Below, one piece after another: positions 63,913 through 64,000 of a stretch of DNA of 64,000 bases (its first letter is position 1; every line of letters starts with the position of its first letter). The DNA is from Octopus bimaculoides. Lineage: Eukaryota. Below the pieces are notes generated by a model that saw only the letters and a list, made by a program, of their open reading frames with translations, ran no database searches and was not told where the DNA came from. The stretch covers positions 8,342,797-8,406,796 of the forward strand of contig NC_068989.1 of NCBI RefSeq assembly GCF_001194135.2, read 5' to 3'. Position numbers and translations under genes: made by a program.

Positions 63913-64000
63913 AATACATTCAAAAGAGATATCTTAAGAATCCAATCACTACTACCATCGAAGTCGCACTTGACTATTTAATATCCTACTACTATTGTAG

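Overview
AT-rich eukaryotic DNA with about 15 assembly gaps, dominated by repeats. The SINE, microsatellite and transposon content looks like an Octopus genome, but that is recognition from memory, not a database result. Nearly all long ORFs in the supplied track are microsatellite or N-gap artefacts. What the sequence supports: (i) three abundant tRNA-derived SINE families in many copies; (ii) at least seven fragments of R4/Dong-like non-LTR retrotransposons, several abutting (TAA)n; (iii) two near-full-length decayed mariner transposons, a fold-back mariner derivative and a hATm-like remnant; (iv) minimal hammerhead-ribozyme (HHR) motifs of the Penelope-like-element type. One HHR has an intact core and belongs to a small element that, in a second copy, is joined to a tRNA-like head carrying a 5' fold-back. 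This is the best candidate for an undescribed system. There is no recognisable host protein-coding gene. A set of minus-strand exon and microexon candidates and an Asp-rich ORF with a signal-peptide-like start are reported at low confidence. No rRNA, true tRNA gene or CRISPR array was seen.
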